Assembly (NCBI GenBank): GCA_038087875.1
Contig: CM075998.1
Span: 3,350,001 to 3,414,000 of the forward strand
Source: Malacoraja senta
Lineage: Eukaryota
Direction: 5' to 3'
Length of the DNA: 64,000 nucleotides
The notes under the pieces: model-generated
Database searches by the model: none
Told to the model about the DNA's origin: nothing
What the model saw: only the letters and a program-made list of their open reading frames with translations
Part shown: positions 49,660 to 63,649 of the stretch, piece by piece
Numbering within the stretch: position 1 is the first letter of the stretch
How the letters are laid out: every line of letters begins with the position of its first letter
Made by a program: the position numbers and the translations under genes

Positions 49660-50680
49660 AGAATGAGCGAGGAGTGCACGGTGGGAGTATCCCAGGGAGC
49701 ACCGAGGACCCGCCCGGAAGGTCCAGCTCACCCACCGGAGATCGGGGACTTGCCCGGTAGGCCCGCCCCACGCACTGTGATGTTGGCCCGCGTTGCAGAG
49801 CAGAACCCGCCTGGTAGAAGCATAGAAAATAGGTGCAGGAGTAGGCCATTCGACCCTGCGAGCCAGCACTGCCATTCAATATGATCATGGCTGATCATCC
49901 AAAATTAGTACCCTGTTCCTGCTTTCTCCCCATATCCTTTGATTTCATTGGCCCTAAGAGCTATACTCTCTCTTGAAAAATCCAGTAAATTGGCCTCCAC
50001 TGCCTTCTGTGGCAGGGAATTCCACAGATTCATTACTCTCTGGGTCCTAAATGGACTACCCCTTATTCTTAAACTGTGACCCCTGGTTCTGGACTCCCCC
50101 AACATCGGGAACATTTTTCCTGCAGGCCCAGGTTGGCCCAGCCCGCCCACCGCAAACCCGGGACTCGCCCTCCGCGGATGGTGGACCCGCGCCGTGGACC
50201 AGAACCTGCCCGGAAGGCCCGGCTCGACCGCTGCAGATTGAGGGCCCACGGGAACCCACCTGGAGGGCCGGTAAGCAGACCGGCGGCGGGAAGGAGTGCG
50301 ATGCCTCGGCGGCGGGAGTGGACCGCTGGAGGCCTTGCAGTTTCCTGGGGTGCCGCTCGAAGAGGCCGAGGGTGGCCCGCACGTGGCCTACAGCGGTGGA
50401 GGACACCAACAGCTACGCTTGGCCATGCCAACGCCGCCAAGACATCAGATCTTCATGGTCAAATCAAGATCCCTGCACTTACAACAACTGGGAGTTGGAA
50501 ATGGCGCCAAACTGGCGACTCTGAATACTGTCTCAGTGTACTGCTGCTGTACATTTGTCCCCTCTCTGAGATGCTTATCTAATATGTATCTCAGTGCTTA
50601 TGTGTAGTGATACTTGTACAGAACTGTGTATAAAAAATAATTCATTGTACCTGTACATGTGACAAATAAAGTACTTGGTA
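49660..50680 (+). mobile_element. GC-rich element with Rex-like tail, interrupted by a minus-strand CR1 fragment (about 49817-50122)
   Basis: GC-rich internally repetitive body; tail ttcattgtacctgtacatgtgacaaataaa. Confidence 0.55.
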
Positions 50681-50929
50681 TTAGATGCAGGGAGAGGTTA
50701 GGCCAAATTGAATTGTTTTCTCTGGAACATCAGAGACCTGATAGAACTACAGTATAGCAATCTGTGAGAGGCATTGATAGGGTAGACCATCAAAATCCTT
50801 TTACCCGCATGGAAAAATCAAAGACTGAATGAAGTGGGACCTGGTGTGGGTGGGTGGGGGTGGGGGGGGGGGCAAGCAGAATATGAGGTGCTGTTCCTCC
50901 AGCTTGCGTCAGAAGAGTCTTTTCCATAC

Positions 50930-51700
50930 GGCGTCACAGTGGCACAGCGGTAGAGTTGCCACCTCACAACGCTGGAGACCCGGGTTCGATCCTGACCACT
51001 GTGCTGTCTGCACGGAGTTTGTACGTTCTCCCTGTGACCGCATGGGTTTCTCCGGGTGCTCCGGTTTCCTCCTACACTCCAAATACATATGGGTTTGTAG
51101 GTTAATTGGCTTCTGTAAATTGTCCCTGGCATGTAGGATAGTGCTGGTGTATGGGGTGATCACTGGTCATAGAAACATAGAAAATAGTGCAGGAGTAGGC
51201 CATTCGGCCCTTCGAGCCTGCACCGCCATTCAATATGATCATGTCTGATCATCCAACTCAGTATCCCGTACCTGCCTTCTCTCCATACCCCCTGATCCCT
51301 TTAGCCACAAGGGCCACATCTATCTCCCTCTTAAATATAGCCAATGAACTGGCCTCAACTACATTCTGTGGCAGAGAATTCCACAGATTCACCACTCTCT
51401 GTGTGAAAAATGTTTTCCTCCCATCTCGGTCCTAAAAGATTTCCCCTTATCCTTAAACTGTGACCCCTTGTTCTGGACTTCCCCAACATCGGGAACAATC
51501 TTCCTGCATCTAGCCTGTCCAACCCCTTAAGAATTTTGTAAGTTTCTATAAGATCCCCCCTCAATCTTCTAAATTTCTAGCGAGTACAAACCGAGTCTAT
51601 CCAGTCTTTCTTCATATGAAAGTCCTGACTTCCCCAGGAATGACATGGTCGGCGTGGACTCGGAGGGCCGAAAGGTTTGTTTCCATGCTGTATCTCTAAA
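50930..51700 (+). mobile_element. HE1-like V-SINE split by a minus-strand CR1 fragment (51169-51645)
   Basis: SINE resumes at 51646; TGGTC duplicated at both junctions. Confidence 0.85.
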
Positions 51701-52142
51701 GTAAGGTTTATGGACTATTCCCAATCTGACCAGCAGCGGTGCTGAAGCAATCCTCAACGGAGTTTAAACACTGTTAGTCCTGCTGTACACTGTTGGGACA
51801 AGACTTGGATCATGTCGCATCAATAACAAAACACGACATGGATTTTAATCTTTAGTTTGTTATCCTTCGGAACTGAAAGATATATATTGGCACGGGAAAG
51901 GAAAAAACAAGGTTATTTTTGCGGCGTAATATACTCATTGCGATCAGCATTTTGCGGAATAATGTGCTGACATTGTGGAAAAGACATTGTACTGACATTG
52001 GTCTTCATTAGCAAGGCTTATGCGCAGAGATGTGTGTCTGGGGACAAGTCTGCAGGATGTTATAAACTCAAGCTGCAAAGCTTGAAAATTTGCAACCACC
52101 TTTTGAACATTGTCTTCCAATCCCGGGCTCACCTCACATGCT

Positions 52143-52440
52143 GAAACATAGAAAAAAAGGTGCAGGAGTAGGCCATTCGGCCCTTTGAGCCAGCACCTCC
52201 ATTCAATATGATCATGGCTGATCATCCAGAATCAGTACCCCGTTCCAGCTTTCTCCCCATAATCCCTTGATTCCGTTAGCCCTAAAAGCTAAATCTAACT
52301 CTCTCTTGAAAACATCCAGTGAATTGGCCTCCACTGCCTTCTGTGGCAGAGAATTTCACAGATTCACAAGTCTCTGGGTGGAAATGTTTTTCCTCATCTC
52401 AGTCCTAAATGGCCTACCCCTTATACTTAAACTGCGACCC
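52143..52440 (-). mobile_element. CR1 3' fragment
   Basis: Same family as 49817 and 54886. Confidence 0.85.
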
Positions 52441-52511
52441 CAAAAGTCACAAAAATGTATTTTATATTTTCGCAATGGGTCAAACTTTAGAATCTGTGGC
52501 AACATGCAAGA

Positions 52512-52527
52512 CCACTAGGGGGCACTA
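52512..52527 (+). promoter_or_regulatory. CTCF consensus site
   Basis: CCACTAGGGGGCACTA fully matches the CCASYAGRKGGCRS core, in non-repeat sequence. Confidence 0.55.
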
Positions 52528-54885
52528 GTGAAGGAGTGAAGGAAGCACAGAGCAAACTATGGAGGTTGCCTTCAGAACCTAGTCTCAGATTAAATTTCAT
52601 TGAGTGTAACATCCAACAAACTCAATGGCAAGTGAGTGGAAGGACCTGCGTGTTTTCAGTTGAGAGTTGGTGATGGTTGTTTGCTGATTAAAGCAAAAAT
52701 GATCAAGCTGCAACCCTGTTGGTAGTGGCTTGGCATTGCACATGTGGACGGAGGAGGGAGAAGGTGGCCATGAGGCCGAAGCAAGAGCCGAATGAAAATA
52801 GATTCAGTTCTCAGTTTAATTTATTGTCATGTGGACCGAGGTACAGTGAAAAGCCTTTGTTGCGTGCTAACCAGTCTGTGGAGAGACAAGATAGACACAA
52901 AATGCTGGAATAACTCAGGCAGCATCTCTAGAGAAAAGGAATGGGTGACGTTTCAGGTCGAGACCCTTCTTCAGACTGATGTCAGGGGAATGGGAGGGTA
53001 CATAGATATGGAAGTGTATAGATAAGGAAGTGTCAGGTGTGAAAACAGGACAAAGGGAGAGATCAAGGAAATGTAGAATCGATCATTGTTAGTTGGGAGA
53101 AAAGACAATGTATGATTACAAGCGAGCCATTTACAGTGTACGGATACATGATAAGGGAATACCATTTAGTGCAAGGTAAAGCCAGCAAAGTCCAATCAAG
53201 GATAGTCGAGGGTCAGCAATGAGGTAGATAGTAGTTCAGGATTGCTCTCTGGATGTGGTAGTTGCCTGATATCAGCTGGGAAGAAAACTGTCCTTGAATC
53301 TGGAGGTGTGCGTTTTCACACTTCTATACTTTTTGCCTGATGGAAGAGGGGAGAAGTGGGAGTGGCTAGGGTGCGACTCGTCCTTGATTATGCTGCTGGC
53401 CTTGTGGGGGTATAAATGAAGTCAATAGAAGGGAGGTTGGTTTGGTGTGATGGAGAATAGAAGAGGTTCAAGTTTGAAGATACCTGGAACATGCTGCAGG
53501 ATGTTGAGGCAGATACAATAGTGGCGTTTAAGAGACTTTTGGATAGGCCCATGGATATGCAGGGAATGGAGGGATATGGATTGTGTGCAGGCAGAAAAGA
53601 AGTGGTCTTGGCATCATGTTCGGTGCAGACATTGTGGGCTGAAGGGCCCGTTCTTGCACTGTTCCACGCAGCAGTAAACATGTGAGAAAACAGTAACATT
53701 GGAACTTAGGTTGTGTGTGTTCCAAATAAATAACAGCCCCAGTGTCTTGAACTTGTTGCTGTTAGTCCAAGGATGACTCAGATGTATCCCACAGCCAGTA
53801 TATGGGCAATACAGACATGCAATTAACAGATGCCCAGAAAGTCAATGCATTAAACACACATTAACTGTGAATAATTGACTGCCATTGAAATGACCTCTCC
53901 ACAACTACGTAGGAGCAGTATCAATGATAGTATCAGGATGAAAGTGTCAAGTTGTAATTGCACCTTCCAGTACATTAAAACAGCAGCAGCATTGGTTGTA
54001 GTGGGTATAATTACTGTGTGATGGGTGCTTTTATAAATATGACACAGGATTTATAATGGAAATTTAAAATTAGAGCCAAATGTGTGAATTTTCACCTGGT
54101 CCAATTACCCGACCTGTCTCTCGCACACTAAAGAGAGACACAAAGTGCTGGAGTAACTCAGTGGGTCAGGCAGCTTCCCTGGAGAACATGGATAGGTGGC
54201 GTTTTGAGTCGAGACCCTTCTCAGACCGAGAGTCAGGGGGAGAGGGAAACTCGAGGTATGAAAAGGTACAGAACAAAGCAGAGACTGCTCCGATGGCCAA
54301 AGAGCCCACAAATGGTCTATTGTTGGCCGAGAAGGTGAAAACAAAGGCATGAGAACAGTGAAACTAGCAAGATGACTAGGGTGGGGGAGGGTCTTGGTCT
54401 AAACTTGGTCTTGACTCTGACGATCGTCAGTATTAGACCGATTCATTGATTTTGGCTTTCAGCAGGCATCAGAGAGATGTGGTAGCCCGGTTTCAGACCT
54501 ACGTTGCCTTCGAAGATTGCTCTTGGCTAAGTCTTTAATTTGCCAGTGTTACACTCACAACAGAACATAAAACAACAGACCAGAGATTTGAATGGAGAGT
54601 GCATAAAATCCACATTCACTATACACCTTAGGAGTACAACAGCTCATCTCAGCCAGCTGAGAAACCAAAAATCGCCAGCATTCTTGATCTTTATCACTGC
54701 CTTCCGAAAGGTGTGTGTGTGAACACTGTTCATGTGCAAACAAATTGCACCCTTCTATATATGTGTGTGAATGATGTGCATTGTGCAGGTATCTGTGTGT
54801 TTCAGGTGGTGATAGCGTTGGATAAAAGCTGTCACAGATCAACCAGCTCTCAATGTATAAATGCTTATCCATCAAAAGTGGATGC

Positions 54886-55160
54886 AGAAACATAGAAAGT
54901 AGGTGCAGGAGCAGGCCATTCGGCACTTCGAACCATTCAATATGATCATCCAAAATCAGTACCCCGTTCCTGCCTTCTCCTCATATCCCTTGATTCCGTT
55001 AGTCCCAAGAGCTAAATCTAACTCTCTCTTGAAAACATCCAGTGAATTGGCCTCCACTGCCTTCTGTGGCAGAGAATTCCACATATTCACAACTCTCTGG
55101 GTTGAAAAGTTTTTCATCTCAGTCCTAAATGGCCAACCCCTTATTCTTAAACTGTGACCC
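54886..55160 (-). mobile_element. CR1 3' fragment
   Basis: Same family as 52143. Confidence 0.85.
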
Positions 55161-56949
55161 CTCGTTTTAGCAGGTTCTCAGGGGACTGGTAACCCCCCAT
55201 GGAAATTTGCCTCGACGCAGGGTCTGCACCTTCAGATGAAACAGCATGGAGAATTGGAAGTAAAAATAATCTGCCCTCACTCTCCGGATAGGCGTGGGTA
55301 GTCCAACCAAGTTTCGGCTCCTTGGGGGCTTCCTTCAAATGTCCCATATGGTGTGTGTGCGTTGGTTCTGTAACAAAGCTGTTAAGACACATTTCTGGGT
55401 GTTAATATCCAATTTCTGGCAGGGAAATTATACCTTTGCTCATGAGATGTACTGAATATAAATGCAACTGTTAACAAAACCACATTTTATTAGTAGATTT
55501 GGCTATTTTAATAGTTTTTTATAGGAGAGTTTACAGAGAATAGAAGGCTTAAATTGAAAGCTGGGAATTACATTTCATGAGGGGGTTCATAAAATAGCAT
55601 ACTCCATCATTGTACCATTTTGACCAACAGGACATCCCAGTTCACACTGGCCAACGGAGACATTGAAATCCGAAACCTGTTAAATACCTGGAGGCAACTG
55701 ATCTCTGTGCTTCACTGATAAAGTTCATTAATTTATGGAACAGCCAGGCTAAAATATGCAAGGAAGATACAGTATATTGCAGATTAAGGGAATAAATGGA
55801 ATTATTTTAAAAAATGGATCACTCGATCTAACAGAAAATCGTTTGCTTCAATGCAGACTGGAAGCCAAGTGCGCTGGTTGTTGCCACAGTACATGTGCAT
55901 GGGTTGTAACAGCTCCCTATCCCACACCCCCTTACCAATATCCACCATCTTTTTCTTAATAAAGCTGGGAGCTTTGGTGAGGGGCACAGACTCTTCATCA
56001 GCTGGTCAGTAACAGATCAGTAACAGAACTATTTCATGCCATATCTCCGCACAAGCTCCTTATTCAGCCAAATGTGACCCAGATCCCTTAAAAGAAAAAG
56101 TCGCGAAGCAACTTCAATGAATATTTCTTTAAATTCCATGCCTCACATGTTTATGGATTGGAACTGCTGGCTGTTTAAAAAAAAAAGAAAAACTGAATCC
56201 AAAATTGAAATCTTAGAAGCCTTAAATATCGTTGCCAAAATCCACTGTTCCATTAGATACACGAGTTCAACAGACACTGCAGGACTACAGCAGCCATTCA
56301 ACCCACAACATAGAGTGCATTAATTTATTACAGTGGGAAGAAACAGGAATTGGAAAGTTTTGAACATTATAGCTACAACAGGTCTAAATTGCAAATGGAG
56401 GCTGGTGATTTACCTCTGTTTGAAGAAGGGTACACCTTATGAAGCGCTACATCTAACTGCACACACATTTTCTTACATGTATAGAAATAAAGCTACTTAC
56501 AACTTTGAAAAACAAAAGATGCAATACATTTGTTTGCCCATTTTCCAAAGTAATGGTACAAAGCACAACTAAACTATTTCCTTAAGTACAATACTCAGGC
56601 TACTTTGAAAACCCAACAGAACTTTTTCACAAGAATTGTATTTCTGAACTAAAGTTGTTTCAGTGAAGAGTCTGCTAGACCTTAAACTGAGATTTGACTT
56701 TTGTTCTGCATGTTATCGTGGCAAAGTATTCCAATTATTTCAAGGTCTTCAATGGGTACACTTGCTTTCCTTGAATTTTAGTGCGTGTGAGACTCCTTTT
56801 GGAGCTCCCCTTCCTCTTGACCCATTACCCCAACTGAAAAAAAAGTTGATCAACATAAAATGGAGTACCAGATGTTTGAGGAGTGTGCGGTGTGTGTGAT
56901 ACCCTCAGAAGGCAACCTATGCAACATTATCACTGAGTAATGAAGAGCC

Positions 56950-57215
56950 TTTAGACTTTAGAGATACAACGCGGAAACAGGCCCCTGGGCCCACCGAGTC
57001 CGCGCCGACCAGCGATCACCCCGTACACTGACCTAGGGACAATTTTACAACTTACCGAAGACAATTAACCTACAAACCTGCACGTCTTAGGAGTGTTGGA
57101 GGAAACCGGAGCACCCGGAGAAAACCCAAGCAGGTCACAGGGTACAAACTCCATTAACACAGCACCCATGGTCAGGATCGAACCAGGGTCTCTGGCGCTG
57201 TGAGGCAACGGCTCT
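56950..57215 (-). mobile_element. HE1-like V-SINE
   Basis: Same family. Confidence 0.85.
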
Positions 57216-57755
57216 GCCTTTACCCAAAGGATTACAGAACAGGTGCAGCAAATAAAGAGGCCAATTTGTCACTTTGAGTTGGGAACAGCTGTACATAAGA
57301 GCAACCCTCACTCGCCAGATCTTCTCCCCATAGGCCTGCAAAATGTTTCCCTTCATGTAGATAATCATCTCCTATTGAATGCTGCAATTGAATCTGCTTC
57401 CACTACTCCTGCAGGTAGTGCATCCCAGACTCCAGCCACTCACTGTGTAAAAAAGGTTTCACCTCGGCTCAATTTTGGTTGTTTTAACAATCACCTTCAT
57501 TCTGTGTCCTCTGCTCTTGACTCCTCTGTCAATGGGAACAGTGTCTCTCTTTACTCTGACCATATCCTTGATGATTTTAAATCCCCAGATCTGATCTTCT
57601 TGGAAACTCCTTTGTTCTAAGGAAAACAATACTAGTTTCTCTCGTCTATCTGCATGACTACCTCCTGGGATCATTTGGGTAAATCTCCCCTGCATCCTCA
57701 CCAAAGTCATCACTTACTTCCTCTAGTGTGGCATTCAGAATAGAAGGCAACTGAA

Positions 57756-58060
57756 GTTTAGTTTAGAGATACAGCGTGGAAACAATCCCTTTGCCGCCGC
57801 CCCCCCCTCCCCCGAGTCCGCACCGACCAGCGATCACCCCGTGCACTAGCACTAACCTACACATTAGGGACAAGTTACAATTTTACTGAAGCCAATTAAT
57901 CTGTACTTCTTTGGAGTGTGGGAGGCAACCGGAGCACCCAGAGAAAACCCATGAGGTCATGGGAGAATGTACAAACTCCGTATGGACAGCACCCGTAGTC
58001 AGGATTGAACCCGGGTCTCTGGCGCTGTCAGGCAGCAACTCCACCGCTGTGCCACCGTGC
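57756..58060 (-). mobile_element. HE1-like V-SINE
   Basis: Same family. Confidence 0.85.
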
Positions 58061-59749
58061 CGCCAGAAGTGTTGTGGAGTGTTGGCCCCTGGAGTGTTGT
58101 GGCCTAGCCGGTGTTCCATAAAATATGTACTATTCTGTCGGAGGAGGTTTCCTGCTCAATGCCAATATTCACACGGGCTATAGTTCTTCGCCAAATCAGT
58201 AAATCACATCAATGGAGGTGGAGAAGATAAGTGCACTGATGATGAACAGACAATTTGCTGCTCGACAGTTGTTGGACCTTACTAGCTCTTAGAGGCGAGT
58301 TGGGAATCTGAAACATTTCAAGAAAAATGTAAAGCATCCCTTATCTTGCAAAACAAAATGTTGAATGTTACTCTCCAGTGAATGTGGGATTGTTGGAACT
58401 AAAGGCTTTTCTTTGTCCATAGGGAAAGAATGCCGTTCTGTGGTCCCTCTTGTTTCCACTCGTGGATTTGACCAAATATTAGTGTTCAATATGGATTTGT
58501 TGGAGAATGCTGCAATAGATTCCTTCGCTAGGTTCATGGAGAAAGATTATAATTTCGGCGAATGCAAATATACATTTGGCTGATTTCATCTTTTTCCGCT
58601 GTATGACTCTGAGCCAAACAATATGCCTACTGAACAGACACCAGAATTCACTTTCCAAAATGCTGGCATCAACAATGCAGATAGGCAGGGACAGTTAACA
58701 CAAAAAAATATTATTGCTCACGGTGGTGAATCTGCGGAATTCTTTGCTACAGAGGGCTGTGGAGGCCAAGTCAGTGGATATTTTTAATGCAGAGATAGAT
58801 TCTTGATTAGTATGGGTGTCAGGGGTTATGGAGAGAAGGCAGGAGAATGCTCCTATAACTTATGAGCATCAGAAAAACAGAGTCTGAATGTAATTAAAAT
58901 GGGGTGAATGGGGACACAGCCCTGCGGGTTATGCCTCCTCACGGGCATTCCCATTCACTCTGCCTAGGCCTCGCAATCTCAAACATCTTGATCATGTGTC
59001 TGATCAGTCTGCTTTATTTCAAAGAAACTAATCCCACCTTAGACGGTCTCTCTTCAGAACTCCAACTCTCCGGCGCTGGGAACCTCCCTGAGGATCCCTC
59101 TGCACCCTCTCCAGTGCTGCCGCATCTCTCCCAAGGTATGTGCAATTGAAATGGGTCCTATCCTACATGGATAGGGCAGGTTTGGAGGGATATGGACCAA
59201 GCGCAGGCTGGTGGGACTAGTGTAGCTGGGACATGTTGTCCTGTGTGGGCAAGTTGGGCTGAAGGGCCTGTTTCCACGCTGTATCACTCCATGGCGACCA
59301 GACCTGTCCCCAGTGCTCCTGCTGTGTCCTCACCAGAGCTTTATCCACCACCTCCCGCTTTTGTACCTTGTACCTCAGTCAGTAAAGACAAATATTTATG
59401 TGCCCACGGGATGGAGTTGACTCGGACAATGCCAGCATTTAATATCCGTCCCTAATTGTCCATGCTTGCTTACCTACCTCACCTAGCTATCCTGCTACCT
59501 TCAGAGATCTATGCGCGTGCACCATGATCCCTCTGTTCCTCCACACTTGTTGGTACCCGATCATTTACTGTGTATTCTCATGCCATCTTTGCCCTGCTGG
59601 AATCCATTACCCCATTCTTGTCCACCATTGAATTCCATTTGCCCCCTAACCAGTCCATTGATATCTTCCTGTAGCCTCAAACTGTCATCCTTACTGGGAA
59701 TTTTGGTGGCATCGGCGTGCGTCTTAGTTGTTGGGAATGTGTGAAAATG

Positions 59750-62140
59750 GCTCAATATCTTTTTCAGGTATAATTGTCAGAAGGATAGCATTGACATTAT
59801 CAGGGTCATTAATGACAGTTTATCATTGCCATTGTCAGGCAAATTATTGGAAATAAATGTCCAGCCAAAAAGCGCAATATCAATGAGGTAATTTGTAGAA
59901 GCATTTCAATGACTGTATTAGGATTATTATTGGTGCTGTGTCAATGCATTCATCTCAGTATCAGGGCAGTTATTTTAAGCATTTCAACATCAACCGGGTA
60001 TTCATTGGAAGTACATCAATGGTAATACCTGGGGAGTTTCTAACACAAGGACAACATCAGTTACTCCTGAGCTACATCGCTACCCAAATCAGGGTGAAAA
60101 TTGGAACAGAATGAACGCCAATGTCTGTTTAACCATTTTAGCCGCGTTATTAAACTGTTTTGGGGATTACATGAGGTACATCAATGCAGTCATCAGCCTG
60201 ACTAATTAATCAATCTCGGTATCAGGGTAATAATTGGAAGTGCATCGATTCCATGGACAGATAAATGATTGCCAATGAGTCATTGGTATCAGGCAATTAC
60301 TGAAAACATCTAGATGGCAATACCAGGGATATTATAGGGCTGTATCAACACCAAGGAAGATGCATAAATATCAGTGGTATCGTTGTTTGAATGCTGGTAT
60401 CAAAAGCTGTATCGGTGCTATTAACAGGCAAATATAGTGGGAGTGTATACTTCCGTAAATTATCTAATGGGAATATCTTGGTGATTACTGAATGTGCATC
60501 AATGGGAATATTAGGGTTAGTGCTGGGATCATCACCACTAATGTCAGAGCAAATAATGGAAGAGATAATGGTAATATCAATGTAATTATTATGCCAATAC
60601 CAAGATAAGGTTAATTATTGATCGTGCGTGTATCAGCCAATGCAAAAATAATTATTGGAGGTTAATCAAACTCAATACCCACGTAATTACTGTACTATAA
60701 TCATGCTGTTATCAGGCTAAACTGAAATCAATGTTGATATCAGAGTAATTATTGAAGTGAATCAATCACAAAATCAAGACAATTATTATAAGTGAAACAA
60801 TGTAATGTGTAATTATTGAATATGAACAAATGACAACATCAGAGTAATAACTGGGAAAGATAAATGCCCTTATCAGGCAACAATTGTAATTCAATCAACG
60901 TCAATATCAAGGTAACCATTGAAACTGTATCAATGTAGATAGTAGGGTCATTGGGGTAAATGATGGCATGATAACACCATTATCAAACATTTTTGGAAGT
61001 TGAGCAAAATCAACATAAGGATAATTATTGCAGATGTGATAATGCAATTGTGAGACAAATTATTGGAAGCCGCTCAGTAAATATCATGACAACCGTTGAA
61101 AGTGTATCGTCGCCTATATCTGGCAATTGTTTGATGTGTATCGGTTGCAGTACCATGGAAGCTGCTGGGAGCATGACAATGGCAAAACCAGGTCTATGAC
61201 TGGACTGCATCAGTACCAAAACCAAGGCAAGTATTGGAATTGAATTAATCAAAATATCTGTGCAATTACAGGGTCGTATCAAAGTGAATGTCAGGATAAT
61301 TATTGCTGGGCTGTGACAATGTAATAAAGCAGTCACAGTTGGAGCTGTGTCATCAGCCAAATTTTGTGTACTAATTGGTGTGTCAAAGCCACAATCAGGT
61401 TAATTCTTGGACTTATATTAGTATCAGTATCAAGGTCAAAGTTGGGACTTTGTGAATGTGGGATAATTGGAGCAGTACCAGTGCTAATATGATCAATTTC
61501 TGGAAATGAATCAAGGGCAACATGAGGATAATTACAGATGACGTATCAGTGGCAATATTAGTCAATTACAAAGTACAGCATGCAAATATCAGTATAATCG
61601 TTGAGCTTATCTAAACCAATATCAGGATAATCACAAAGTCCATCAATGTTAATATCAGAATCTTCGTCACAACCTGCATCAGGATACTTACTGGACCTGG
61701 ATTGTTGAGTACATCAGAGTAATTATTGAAGCTGTGTATGAAGACCAATTTATTATTCCTGCATCAGGAGCAATACCAGAGTTACTATAGGCTATGTGAA
61801 TATCAATATCAGGATGAATATTGGTAGTGAATCTATGATAATATCGGTGTCATTACTGGACTGTTTTACTGTGAATATCAACATTATTAAGTAGTGAATC
61901 ATATAAAAACTAGGGCGATTTTGGGTTGTATCCATGCCAATATCAGGATAACTGCTGGAGCTACATCAATGGCATTATCAAAATAATGATTAATAGCACA
62001 TCTTTGGCAAACTCAAGACTATTATTGACCAATATAAATGTTGACATAATCACAAGGCCTGTATTGATATTGGGGTAATATCTACAGAAGATTTGTATCA
62101 CTGCCAATATCGGTAATTATTGGAGGTGTCCCAATGCCTC
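59750..62140. repeat. Highly degenerate ~34-35-bp tandem array (consensus roughly ATCAGGGTAATTATTGGAnnTGnATCAATGnCAAT)
   Basis: Recurring ATCAG..TAATTATTG..ATCAATG spacing; for example, successive 35-mers from 61941. Confidence 0.75.
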
Positions 62141-63275
62141 TCAGTGGGAGATGACAGTGGTAGAGAAGCTATTGGAGACGATTCTTCAGGATCGGATTGG
62201 CCCACTCCCATTTTAAAGAGAGTAGGCTAATTAGGGAGTCAGCATTGCGTTGTACGTGGCAGGTCTCACTAACTTAATCGAGTTTTTTGAGGAGGTGACA
62301 AGATGATGGATGTTGTCTACATGGGAGGCTGATCCAGAAGATTAAGATGCATGGGATTCACAGTGACTTGATCATTTGGATTCAGAACTGGCTTACTCAT
62401 AGAAGACAGAAGGTTGTGGTGGAAGGTTGTTATTCTGGCTAGAGGTCGGCGACCGGTGTAGTTCTGCCGGGATCTGTGCTGGGACCTCTGTTGTTTGTGT
62501 TATATACAACACCAAAATTGCTGGATTTGCGGACGGTGGGGACTGCTATCAAAGTAAATAGTGGGATATTGATCAGCTACAGAAATGGGACGAGAAATGG
62601 CAGGTGGAGTTTAACCCGAGCAAGTGTTAAGTGTTGCAACTTGGGAGGTCGAATGCAAGAGGAAAGTATACAGTTCATGGCAAGACCCTTAATAGCATTC
62701 ATGCACAGAGGGATCTTGGGGTCCAAGTCCACAGCTCTTGAAAATGGCAAGGTAAGTAGATATAGTGGCAAAGAATGCCTGTCTTCATTCATCAGGGCAT
62801 TGAGTATAAGAGTCAGGAAGTCATGATGCAGCTCCATAATACCTTGGTTAGGTCGCATTTGTAATATTGCATGTAGTTCTGGTTGCTGCATTATGGGAAG
62901 GATGTGGAGATTTTGGAAAGAGGTTTACCAGTATGCTGCCTGCATTGGCGGGTATTAGCTACAATGAGAGATTGGACTGGGATCGGTTTGTTTTCTCTGG
63001 AGAGGTTGAGGGGAGACCTGATAGAAATATTTTAAATGATGACAGGTATAGTTTGCTTTACACAGCGAGAGCGGTGGGTGTCCGGAAAGGCCTGGCAAGG
63101 GTGGTGGAGACAGATACGATAGCGATGTTTCATAGGCTTTTAGATAGGCACGAGATGCAGAGAATGTTGGAGGAAATGGATCATGTGTAGGCAGAGGAGA
63201 TTAGTTCAACTTGGCATCATGTTCAGCACAGACATTGTGGGCCGAAGGGCCTGTACTGTTCTATATTCTATGACA
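62140..63275 (+). mobile_element. Degraded CR1 LINE fragment interrupting the 35-bp array
   Basis: LTNLIEFFEEVT, GSVLGPLLF and DLGV remnants; tail (ttctat)n. Confidence 0.88.
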
Positions 63276-63649
63276 TTTTGGAAGTAATCGGACAGAAGAG
63301 TTCAGGTAGACAAATGGAATTCTAGATTTATAACTAGGGATATTGGATTTCACAGAAACCAGTGAAAGGTTTCTGTTACTATTATAGATACTGAGGGTCT
63401 ATTTGTTAAAGCAAAGGTTACAAAGAGTTTTCTGGGGGCAGTATCTGTATGAACGTATTGAAAAGAATGAAAGTATAGAAAATTGAAAGAAACTATTTCA
63501 ATTGGTAATAACAAAAAAAATAAAATGTTAACACCAAAATAAGAAAGGTCTTGAGAATTTCAAAGAACTGCCAGACATGACGGACCAAATGGCCTCCTAT
63601 TATGATACGGGACTTTTGTTCATTCCTACATTATGCCAGAATCGGGTTG

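Noticed and set aside
53700..59100. Exons of a neighbouring gene such as ASIC1
   Set aside because: No recognisable coding exon found on either strand
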